The translations under genes and the position numbers were made by a program. Below, in pieces: positions 1 through 11,741 of a DNA stretch of 64,000 nucleotides. The stretch spans positions 664,675 through 728,674 of the forward strand of contig NMRA01000043.1 of NCBI GenBank assembly GCA_002633005.1, given 5' to 3'. The notes beneath the pieces are model-generated. The model ran no database searches. It saw nothing but the letters and a program-made list of their open reading frames with translations, and had not been told where the DNA came from. Position 1 is the stretch's first letter, and each line of letters starts with the position of its first letter. Source of the stretch: Phoronis australis. Taxonomy: Eukaryota > Animalia > Phoronida.

Positions 1-439
1 TCAGGAAGCTTTCCTAAGCTTCTTTAGGCTCTGACATCACAATTTTGTGCTGTTTGATAAACCTTGAATTATACAGGCATCACACTCCATGGGAGCAGCC
101 ATATTGAAGTAACTAAGCACAACAATACAATCTGGCTCTCTGATTGGTCAATTTAATAGAAAAGCGCCATCAAGTGGCAGGAATGTGCATCATATTTTGT
201 GCAACAAAAACACCTTTTTTAAAAAAATGTGCAAGTGTAGACGTGGGAACTTTTTGGAATTTGATTTATTGGTATATTATCTAGCCACATAGAAAAAACT
301 AGGTTGCCCCCCCCCCCCAAAGTCCTCGCAAGGATGAACGCTATGAGATCTGACCCACTGACTACCCAGTCATCCAACAGACGATCATGAATTAAGAGCC
401 GATGCTTCTGATTGATAAATATTGTCCTTTATTGAACCA

Positions 440-675
440 GGCCTTCATCGTAACATCTCCTGTGACTGGAGTCGAAACACGAGTCCTCAAAGTGGGCAGA
501 ACACAGAGTGGCCCCAGACCCGAATCGCTTGGTCCACGATGAGGTCCCACACTCGTTAGGCGCACGAAGCAATGCCACTTCTGCGCAACTTTGGTGTCCT
601 TCGGAACACCGAGACGTTCTCCGCCAGGCTGCTGTTGCTGCAGCCTCCGGAAACACCTCTTTTGATCCCTTTACG
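440..675 (-). pseudogene. Frameshifted THAP zinc-finger fragment (DNA transposon relic)
   Basis: Three shifted minus-strand frames give KRGVSGGCSNSS / PKDTKVAQKWHCFVRLT / ATLCSAHFEDSCF. This matches the THAP layout (CxxxGCxN...P...W...LCSxHFxxxxF) with the first Cys lost. Confidence 0.6.
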
Positions 676-1516
676 AACCTTCTCGACGCTAAATGTACTT
701 TGCTTTCTCTTCACTCTTTTCACTTTGTCTCTGATCCGAACAGTATGGCGAACGACTTGGGTTCAACCCTTACGTTGTACATAATTATTATTTTTTCAAT
801 TTTTGCGTGTTTCTTTATGAGCTGTGCACTAAACGCACTGAAATCAAGTAAGATATAATAATAAAATTTATTTTGAGGTACTAGAGTCATGTTGTGTACA
901 CTTGAGTTCAAGTTCAAACTCAGCAAGGAGTGTAGTAGTAAAATGAAAACTAGGATTGGACAATTATCCTGGTGAGCCACTACGTACTCAAGCATCTTGC
1001 GTGAAAGTAGAATAGAAAATGCCATGTTCGATCTCGAGTAAAATTATTAAACCCGCGGGCTTTGGTAGCGGTTTTCAAAAATTTGAAACGTTTGGTTTGT
1101 GTTGTGTTTCAATAGTCTGTCTCTTGTGTGTAATAGCAACTTTGTCACTGTTTAAACACTATACGGCAAATTCGAACACTATTGCCAACAAAGCTTGAGG
1201 TTTTATGCGCGCATCCCCCCTCCCCCTTGGCCAAGTGGGCAAAAAGATCCGAAAAAAGTAAAAAAACGACACGAAAGTCCACCAAAAAGTCAAGCACTTC
1301 CAAAATTCGGCGAATGCACAATTCACGGCAAGGCTCTGAACGTTCCCCGTGAAAGGTCCTGACCACATTCTCAAAAATTCGAGCCCCCCCCCCCCTATTT
1401 TTAGGCTGTGTGCGGGCATGGGCCTCGTGCCCATCCTGGATGTAAACTCATGTGCAACGCGCTGTTCGAACTAAAAACATTTCATTTTCGTTGTGTGTCC
1501 GAATTTTTATTTCCAG

Positions 1517-4500
1517 GCGGACAAAGTAGGTGCAGGTTTATTGGCCCTTGGCCTGAAGCCAGGTGACCGTCTTGTAATATGGGCCCCATGTTCTTTGGAG
1601 TGGGTTCTGGTGCAGTTCGCTTGCATTAGAGCTGGTATACTGTACACTGGATTGAACCCTGCATATCCACCATCAGAGGCCGCTGACATTCTAGACAAGG
1701 TTTGTACGCAACACGCAAAACACGATGAAACACCTTTTATTTTATTGATTATCATACAGGTAGGCCTCAGTACTCTAGTGACCATGACTTCATTCGGTGT
1801 ACATGATTTTACCCGAAGTTCTTTAAGCGGCTATAAACCCACCTTCTATCATAAAAACAACTATTGATTTAGTCCGCTTTTCGTAATCAAATTGATTTCA
1901 AATTGCCTTAGTCAAATTCGATGCCTCGAAAGAACTGATAGCTCGGAATATAGCTTGAGACTGGACTGTACGAGTGGTCTGTGACGGCGTGCCATTTAAT
2001 GTACCATAGTTTCAAGGAATAATCAAATGTCATTTATTTGCAAACCCAGAAATCAATGTCAACAAAATGAGAACAATTTTCTAGCGGTTAGTGGTCTCAA
2101 TCAAAAGCTCATTTCTTGGACGGAACGCTAGTTTCGAGCTGCTTTAAAGTTAGTAGGTCGTTTTGGAGTCTCTGAAGAAGCACTCTGTGACGTCAGTATA
2201 GTCGTGTGTATGTGCCTTTTGTGTTTAACGTGCGAAACACGGGTTGGTAGGTTACTGGCCCCAGTCTTCGCATGTTGTGTTTGACGTGCGATACATAACT
2301 GGCAGGTTACTGGTCGTCGTCTTCTCATGCTCTGCGAAACTGTAAAATAAGGTATAACACTGAAAAGAATTAAAGAGAGCAACAAGATGTTTTGACTGTT
2401 CATGTAATGAATCGGGTTTTTCTTGTTTAACATGACCACATCAAGCTCATGCGTACACTTCTTGTATGTCAATTTGCGTATGACATTATAGTGTACATAT
2501 GAACTAGGCTACATACCGAGATACTTTACCACTGCAGTAACTGTAGTATATTTACCAATTACCGGGCAAGAAATTTCGCGCCTATTTTCGAACGAATTGA
2601 AGTGTTTAATCAATCCTTCTCCTTTTAAAAGCTCACAATATGTCGGACACTAAAAAGTGGTTCTCAAGAGCTCTAAAGGTTATGTTTTTGGTGTAGTACA
2701 GTATTAGTTAGATTTGTTCTGTGCATACCACTTTAATGTTGGGCTTAAGTGGCCGTTACTTGCAACAAGGTTTGTAGGCGAACTGCAAGCGTATAGTCAT
2801 ACGTTGAACTCCAACAGTAATCGTTATACATTGAACACAGGGAAACTGATGATTAAAATTTCTGGTGATCGTGGACGGCACGTGTCTCCCTGTAAAAAAG
2901 GTCGTGATTATAAACTATTTTAGTTTATTACAATAGCATGAGATTTGCTTTGTTTCAGTTGAACCCCAAGTGCATCGTAACAGGCGCACGTTTCAAGAGC
3001 GGCGATGCTTACTCTGTCGTGACAGAAATCTGTCCTGAGTTGAAAAATTGCCAAGGAAAAATTGGATCATCGAGATTTCCGGAGCTTGATTATGTCGTCA
3101 TGCCATCATCCGGTGATTTAAAGTAAGTTTTATGCATCTGACAATCACAGAGAACTTCTTTCCGTATAGTTTTCCTGTAAAAGGATTTTCATTTATATTC
3201 ACTTGAAGAAACTGAACACTGTACATCTCTTTATATTCTGTGAAGCAAATGAGACAATGTCGCATTCGTTACCTAATTTGGGGAGGGAGGAGCTGAGAGA
3301 CACGGAGAGAGTAGGGAGGGTGGGAGGCAGGGAGGGACCGGAGAGGGAGCCGGGAGGGAAGGAGAGACTGCTGCGTTCAGTACATCTGAGACATTCGTGA
3401 TAAAAGTTAGTGTGATCACGTCGATATCTCGCGAAGTCCTGCGTGATCTTGCGTTTTCGAAGTTATTTTTTGGGTCTAAGGAACCCATTCCTGGCCATGA
3501 CTATGACAAATGCGCGCTGGCTGAGCAGACTAATCGGCCATAGATATACATATAACCAAACTGGTACCACGTGCTTCGTTTCAGCGGAATTACACCTCTA
3601 AAGTCACTTTTCAATACTGGACGTGAGAAAGAACATGCAACAATCTTGGAGCTCGAGGCCAGCATGAAACCAACTGACCCTATGACCATCCAGCTTACAT
3701 CGGTATGTTGATTGAATTGCTAATTCTTATTCGACAGTTTTTGTGCCAACCGATTTCAATTCATTTTGTTCGCAGTTACACAGCAAATGGGACTGCGCAA
3801 GATCAATGTGTCGTGCGTTTGGCTCAAAGACAATTTTCCATTTTCTTTTTCGAGAACGTTTTATTCGCTAACACCAGAAGGCCTACAGACTGAAACTTAA
3901 CGCGCTCAAATTCGCTTTATTAATTAAGCTGAGAAAAAGAAATTGTGATCAACATCAAGCATCTAAAAGTTTTGGTGTCATTATTGAAGACAAGAAGACC
4001 AAGCCAGCGGGTGCATGATTCATTTCGACTTGTTTTCACAGGGAACAACTGGATGTCCGAAGGCGGTGGTCTTATCTCACGGACAACTGGCAAACACGTG
4101 CTTTTTCATTGGTAAAAACATTGGCTTCGACAATAAGGAACAGGTGTGACGACCCATCCCATGAAAATATAGATCATGTTTCAATCTATTTTTGTCTGAT
4201 CAGTGACATTTTAACGATGGTACAATACCGTCATTCACAACTTTTTACACGGTGCCTTTGTTAAATTTGAGTGGCTGCGAAAAATATCTCTACAATCGTT
4301 TTTCAAACAGCTTAGAGTCAAGCATAAGACAGTTTCCATATCAAAGTTCATCGTTAGACTCTCTGACTGCTTTACTGACTGATTGGTTATTCGATTGATT
4401 GATTAACTGTTTAATTGGTCGTTGTACATATGCATTCATTTATCGTAGGTATCATTTCAGGTGCAGCGTCTTTGCATTCCTAGTTTGATGTTTCGCTGCG

Positions 4501-7500
4501 CTATCATGATGCTAGGAAGCCTGTGCAGCACAATGTATGGACTGACATCGGTCATTCCTTCAAAAATACCAAACCCTGAAAAGACTTTAAAAGCCATTTC
4601 AACTGAAAGGTATATTGCGTACAACTACCTTTTGTAATTGTTTTTCATGCTATGATTATCAAAACTAGGCTATACTTAAGTCGTGTTTTGACAATGAAAG
4701 TAGGTTCACTTTAAAAAAATAAACGAATGGTGTGTGGATACATAGAAAAGTTTCGCACATTTTTAGAAGAAGGTATTGTTTGGATCGAAATTGGAAAATG
4801 TCATTTGTATGCACGAAAAAACTGACAGCGTAATTACAATCAGGAAACACTTTCAACGGTCAATTCACGTGGTATGGATCCATGGGGAGTAAATGTTAAT
4901 TTCTTTTCCTCCATTATGAACACTTTAACATTGCTATAATGAAACGATAAAATATGCCCCCAGGCTGTTTATTGTTAGCATCACGAACTCAGGATAGAGT
5001 TCAGTAGCTGTCTCGCGGCTAGAAAAATCTAGCCAAAATCTCGTGTTCTCATTTTAAGTACACGACAATATCTCACGTAGTTTTGCGAAGTCTTGCTTTT
5101 TAGCAAGATTATAGCGTTACCGAACTCTACCCGCCTCTTATCTGGCTAAACCTGGCGATGTAAACAATTCCAAACAAACATGTAAGTACAAGTAACATGT
5201 CTCTGACGGATTGTAACGAGGATACAGCAATGCTTATTATTTCGAATAATTGATAATTCATTTTAATTGCTCTTTTCACAGGTGTACTCACGTTTTCGGT
5301 AACCCGCCTATGTTGGCCAAGTTATTGCAGTGCAGCGATTTCGAAACCTGTGACCTGTCTTCTCTTACAACAGGTTAATAAGTTTAATATTTAATTTGAT
5401 AAAAGAAGGCACTCCCAGTGCGTTGATAGAAATTCAGTTCAATCTCAGGAACCAGTAAGGCTTTTGAAGCCAAAATTGTTTCGATACAGCAAATTGAACC
5501 TTTTTCATCGAACGCCTAGGAATTCGGTGTGAGATTTGGGTAGTGTTCCATTACGCTATGACTTGGCTAGATTACGCGAGATATTCCCGAAGCTCTCCTT
5601 TGGAATAAATCCATGCAGAAGTACATACGCATATCAAATCCTGCTTACATTTACTTTCGAGTGTAAAATACTTTATTACTTTATTTCAGCTATTGTCGGT
5701 GGCAGCTATTGTGCTCTGAATCTTATGAAACTCATTGCCACTAAACTGCACCTACAGAACATTACGGTATTTATGGTTTTCTAATTGCTCTGCATGACAT
5801 CAACGTAGGAATAACTTACCAAAGAGAGGCTCGTTATTTTACTTGGTGGTCATCCATGGTCGTTCTTATTTCTTCCATTTTGTAACTGTCTCCCACCAAC
5901 ATGATTGTTTACCAATTTTGCAGATGTTTGCGTCCAGGGTTATACAACGGGACATCATATCTCATACGATACTTTCAGACGCTATGCTTTATGCACCGTT
6001 CGTGTCCAGGGTTATACAACGGGACATCATATCTCATACGATACTTTTAGATGATGTGCTTTATGCACCGTCCTTCAAAACGGTGTTAGGAATTGCTTTT
6101 AAAATGTCCCACTTTTGCAAGAGTCAATCAAAAATAAGAAATTTGTGATCTTCAGGAGAAAAGTCTTAACGAAATGATATTTTAGAAAACTGTGACATCG
6201 TTTTGATATCTGGTCTTCCACTGTGTATCTAATAAAGTTTGATTATGTTATTGAAACCATTGTTCCACTGTCAATCTTTGTTTATTTATTTCTCAAATTT
6301 GCTTAAAGGACATGGTTACGTAACCCAATTGATAGTAGATTGGTAAAATGTAAACAATTGAATTCTATAGGCATTCTACTTTCAGAAAATATATGCCTAT
6401 ACTGAATTAAAATCTATAGCTTTATAGATAGTTGGCTAAATAGGCAGACTTGTAAAGATCTTACATATCCTTAAATCGTGATTGATTGGTGCTTAGTTGT
6501 TGTCCTAACATTAGACGAAGCACGGTTTGCCTTCATGTTTTGTCAATAATATACATGCAGGTGGGAATGCCAATGACTGAAGTAGGAGGGATCGCTATTG
6601 TCACGCCGCGACAGTGTAGTATAGAAACGAAATGTCAGACCGTTGGCCTCCCCTTGGATCATCTGGAGGTAACATTGACTGTAGATTAGCTGCACAGTTT
6701 AAATCAGAAAAAGATTTAAACGGAATTCAAAATTGACATTTTATTTGTTATCATGATGGAAATGAGATATATTAGTATTCTGTGAAGGTGACTCGTACAA
6801 GTCTGGTGTCAAATTCAAATAGTCCTGTGTGTTATCGGGTTGTGGTACTTACAGTTTCCTTCGTCAGACATTCACAAGAACTCGTGGTTACCATAGCGTA
6901 CGTCACTTCCGTCATATCCCCATCATTTCTCGTCATCATCGTCATATGTACTTTCCTCCGCTATCATTATGTGAACCATTAGAGCCGACAATGGTGAAAC
7001 ATTGTGAAAATGCAAGAACAGCCAAAGTAAAATTTCATGTTTTAAATATCTGTTGTGTCTTCTTGTACATAATGTTCAGTTTCACTTATCGCATTTCTCA
7101 TTGCAGATGAAGGTTACTGACAAATCCGGTTGTACTGTACCCATAAACACTGCAGGGGAGCTATGTGTTCGAGGGTTCGCTACACCCGTCGGTTACTTTG
7201 CCTCAGACAATATTCGTCTGGTCACGAACGAGGATGGATGGTTCAATACCGGGTATGTAACATAATGTAGTGAATTATCTCAGACAAGAATATTAATTGT
7301 TAATGTTGACACGGGTGATGTTGGAGCCACTCTATTACTTCTTTGTTTACTGCCGTACGGGTTGTGCCGAGGAGAGTTTTAGTACAGAGAATTTAAAGCA
7401 GTCACCTGCGAAACTTCTGCTTTTGCCATAGTAGGGGCGTTATAGCAATGGTCTACGCCGCAGCATCAAAAGTTGCAGCGATGATTATTGCAACTATATA

Positions 7501-8445
7501 TCGGCGACAGAACATATTCACATTTTGCGCCTCTGCTTCTCACTGTTACGTCACAATTTCCCACCAAACGCAACTTGTATCTGAACTGTGTTTGTAGTGA
7601 CATGGTTTGCATGGACGAGAATGGTCACATATACACCATGGGCAGGAAGAAGGATGTTATCGTGAAAGGAAACGACGTAATCTATCCTAATGCCATCGAA
7701 GAGAAATTGGCTCGTTATAGTAGAATTGCTGCGGTTGAGGTATTTATAAAGACTTCCTCTTTTAGTTCCGAATAATGAAATGACGTGACTTCCTACTTAT
7801 AAATACGCCTACTAAAGGTGCGCTGATCGTGACAGATGGATTTCATTTAATGCTTTTACCCGGCGTAACAATCACGGAAGTTGTGCGTGTACCAAATCTA
7901 CGTATTACACGTCTTCTTTCAAACTGCTTTTTAAAGTTTAAACATTTTTATACATACAGGCCAGCAATGTACTTTTTGAATGTAGGTTGTCGGAGTGCCA
8001 CGGGATTCCTGTGACCAGGTGGTGTGTGCATGCGTAGTAGCCAAGGAGGAATTGAGCGAGGAAGATGTGAAAGCCTACTGCCGGCAGAACGATGTCCTGA
8101 TTCCCGATCACGTGTGTTTCGTGGAAGCATTTCCGAAAACACTTACCTTAAAGGTACACCAGCTTTGAAATGTTGTCAACATGTTTTTTAAAGATAACAA
8201 AGTTCATGTCCGGGCCTAGATCGTGCCAATTAATTGATAACAAGAAGGGTCCATTTTGTATTGCCAGGACTGTCATACTACCAGTTGAGATGTCGCTGGC
8301 GTTTTACCTTAACGATAAAGTGAACGTGTCATTCTTATTTACTACAAAACTCCTATCTGCATTGACACAGATGTTATTTGTTTAATCCCAACAGGTCCGT
8401 AAACATGTTTTGGCTGATCAGATTTCCACACAACTTGGATTGTGA
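1517..8445 (+). CDS. ACSF2: Acyl-CoA synthetase family member 2-like AMP-binding enzyme; 5'-partial, 12 exons, 499 aa in window
   Basis: Exons 1517-1699, 2959-3122, 3585-3702, 4042-4143, 4461-4609, 5282-5373, 5690-5766, 6561-6668, 7107-7252, 7598-7739, 7986-8153, 8395-8445. All junctions are GT-AG with compatible phases (1500 nt, ending in TGA). Motifs: GLLALGLKPGDR, LNPAY, P-loop QLTSGTTGCPK, GELCVRG, GWFNTGD, GRKKD, VVGVP, FPKTLTLK. It may be a paralogue rather than the orthologue. Confidence 0.88.
3278..3368 (+). repeat. G/A-rich polypurine tract (GGGA-type), intronic
   Basis: ggggagggaggag...gggagggtgggaggcagggagggaccggagagggagccgggaggg, containing many GGG runs. Confidence 0.7.
4988..5135. 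mobile_element. Short palindromic MITE (related copy at ~12728-12880)
   Basis: Ends gagttcagtag / taccgaactc are roughly inverted. The core gtgttctcatttt...gaagtcttgctttttagc is shared with 12728-12880. Confidence 0.55.
5932..6072 (+). repeat. Tandem duplication, 2 x 72 bp, intronic
   Basis: gtccagggttatacaacgggacatcatatctcatacgatactt...tgctttatgcaccgt occurs twice. Confidence 0.9.
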
Positions 8446-8572
8446 CGTCATCGGCATCAAGAGGAAACTATTGTAAATTGGCGACATACGTATTTGTACA
8501 ATGCGTTATCTATGCTCCCCACAGAATGTGGTATAATGTGTTCAAACAATCAAGGTCGTTTTGATTTAAGTA

Positions 8573-8578
8573 AATAAA
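8573..8578 (+). promoter_or_regulatory. Probable polyadenylation signal of the ACSF2-like gene
   Basis: AATAAA about 130 nt after the stop codon. Confidence 0.5.
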
Positions 8579-8606
8579 TACTTCCACAGAATTTTTGTAC
8601 TGGAAT

Positions 8607-8743
8607 CAGTGGCGGATTTAGGGGGAGGGGGTCCGAATTCTCCCAGATTCCATTTGGCAGTTCGGGGTGCGAATGTTTGACGGGCAAAATAATGGCTGAT
8701 ACTTTGCCCTGCCCCCCAACTCAAAATCGTGGGTCCGCCCCTG
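8607..8743 (+). mobile_element. CAGTGGCGG...CCGCCCCTG MITE (hAT-like), copy 1
   Basis: Terminal inverted repeats cagtggcgga / tccgcccctg. Internal cccagattccatttggca...aactcaaaatc is shared with 16776-16931 and 32542-32710. Confidence 0.75.
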
Positions 8744-11741
8744 GGAATACCAGAAATATGAATTGTTTTTATCTTCTATCCAGCCTTCGTATTTTATATT
8801 ATATTTGAATTTTTGTTTACAATAAAGTCGACTATCCGAATTTTCCGCATTATTCTTGGTACACAATAAGTGCGGGTTCTGCGAAACTTCACGTCGGTGG
8901 CCACGCCGGGTTTGATAAATCTCAGTACCTGAGGTGACTAACCTGGCGTGCACGTCCGTCTGTACCGAGATTTTAGAGACCAACCACCACCCTAGCGTCT
9001 ACTTGTGAGCGAACGAACCCACCCTTGAGTTCATTTTTGAGTGAACAACTCCACCATTGATAGCATTTTTGAGCGGTCAATCTCCACAATGCTTCAGTCT
9101 GACAGCAAACAACCCAACCTTAGGATGCAAAACCTGGTTTTTGTCTATTAACATGTACTTATTGCCACTTTACCATCCAGCGGAATAATTCTCAACCTTC
9201 AAAATTTTGGAGCAAATTTTGAGGACTTTACCAAGTCTGCTAATCGAACAAGGGTGACCTACGTTTTAGGCGCGTTGCGATACACCTTTAGAAAAACCCC
9301 ACCCATCAAGAACCACAATATACATTCTGTGACACAGTGATTATAGAAGTGTTTTAGTGGAATTCTGCTTTGATGACTGGAATGAGAGACAAACGGTGAA
9401 TACATATAACAGGGGATAAAACGAGGTTGAAACCACCGAAACGGGGTGTATCATTCTGAACATTGCTGTGGTTAACGTGGGACCAGGAACAAGGGAGCTG
9501 GTATTCTAACATGCGCTTCGGTTTGGATTAAAGTTTCCGTATTGTCGCGGTTACTCATTAAGATTGAAATTCCGACAAATTTCACAATCCCAGACTCGCA
9601 AGGTGCTTGCTAAGGCAATATTTAGGTACTTAGCGTAGTGTTAGGAAACAGAAGGCTACATGCTGGAATTTTTTTTTTTTGCTGCAAAGTTGTGACTTCC
9701 ACGGTTTGAAGAGCATTTCAACAGAAATAAGCTAAAATGCTAAAATTCTGATACACTTTTGTTCACACTTTAAATCAGCTTGATTAAAATTGTCAGCCCG
9801 CCTTCCATCACAAAAGTACATTGAACATCATGAAATAAGCTTCAACAAAATGTATACTTTTAATGCATAAACATGTACTCTTATTTCACGCTCATGGCGC
9901 AAATGGATAAAACTTGTGTAAATGTCATTACAAAAGGTAGACAGACACCGTCTCATTGGCGACTGTATGTCAAAACTGAACAGAAACCGAAACCATCTAC
10001 ACACAAAAAATACTAAAGCTGACATTAGTCTAAAAAACTACTAACAACGATAGTCAGAACTTGTCATCTCGAAAGTCTTTATTGGCCTCAAAATAAACTG
10101 TATATACACAAGCACATATTTACAATTCCGTTTTTCAGTCTCGTTCTGACTCTGTTGAGCACGAGACAATTTGTCTAGTCACTGACTGCCTTGCAGCGTT
10201 GTCCAACGTTTTCCCAAGCGCTTCGTTTAAGAATTCAACACTGACATACAATAACAAAGGCAATTGGGAGCTTCAAAAGATTTGTTATTAGAACTGGCTG
10301 ACATGCGAGTAATGTGAAGCTGCCCTGTACAACTTCATTAGTAATACAGAATAAAAACGTGAGAAAAATTTATATATTAAAATGAAATGATTTATTTTTA
10401 CACATGGCCTTTGGCCCAAAGTATAACATGTAAACAAATTCTATGTACACCGGTCAGCAACACACAAAATATTCCTCTTTTTAGAAGCATGCAAAATTTC
10501 CTAACTGGGATGTCATTTTTACTTACAAGCCTAAAAAGTAAGCAGAGAAGGGCGTGTTCACATGATCTCACTTAACAACATGTCTCTAATTTCAGAGAAA
10601 GCGATGTAAAAGAGATGCACGTGTATTTATCCTCGATACAATTACGTGAGCACACTACATACACTTTGTCTTATTATATTCCACGTTTAAATGACTGCCA
10701 GTTTGTGGTTTGCACAGCGAAGACGTGTAACACACAGTACAATTATTCTTGGCAGACATTCAATTTCTAAGTATTGTTTGTGTTAAATATCACCTTAAGG
10801 TTATCTCAAACCTTATGGCCTCCATTCTAACTAGTATATCAACAAACTAGGCTTTGTGAACTAGTAAAAGTATGAATTTTCTGAAAGGAAAATAAATATC
10901 AGGGATTACAAAAATATATTTTATATTGATGTGTCATTAATATTATTACATTAACACCTTTTAAAGTCAAAATTTCATTTTTAAGGAAGGTACATTCATA
11001 CCGAAATTACAGCGATCTTAATGAACTTTTTTAAATGAAAACTTCAGCAGTTCCTTCAAAGCGCTGTTAGGAATTTTCGTTTGGTTTCTATTACACATCA
11101 ACTCGCAAAACGTAAGGTGTTTTTGTGAAAAAATAGCAGTCGTATTTTTCTTTGTTACATTACGCAAAATCTAGGCCTTAATATCAAAAATCCTAACTGC
11201 GGTTTGAGATTGATGAATAACTTTTAAGTTCGGTTCGATTATCAAATTTTCCCAAAATAGTTTAAAGTAATACAACTGCAGCAGTATAAATAACACTCAA
11301 CAACCAAACGTAACTTCTGGAACAAAGCTGTGAATTATGTGACACTACTGACTCAGTTTTTAATTGCTAAGTATTATATAGTCAGCAACTTAGGCCGCGC
11401 TGATTCTTCGGTAACTACAATATCAAATATAATATTGTTGATATTTAATTTTTCAGGAAATGTTTCAAGTTCAATGCACATTTACCGTTGTTTTCATGTT
11501 TTTTGTCTCTTTTCAAGTTATAAATCGACATTCGGTCTCGGTCAATACGCGCAATAATGTCTCGTGGGATGTTACGTCATCTTCGCCACTCTCCGTGCGT
11601 TTTGTGTGAGTACATTATAACGTCGTAAAGAAAATGACGAATATTGAATCGAATGAACATGGTTAGATCTGTGGCTGACATACAATCTGTAATATTATTT
11701 AAAAGTATAAATCATGATCAACAATGTCGTCTTGCGACGAA

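Noticed and set aside
5843-6148. Extra ACSF2 exon or ORF with an internal repeat
   Set aside because: A 72-bp intronic tandem duplication. The flanking exons 5690-5766 and 6561-6668 join in frame without it.
8395-8445. Peroxisomal luciferase-like identity for the acyl-CoA synthetase
   Set aside because: The C-terminus is -LGL, not an SKL-type PTS1, and overall motifs fit ACSF2 rather than the 4CL/luciferase clade.
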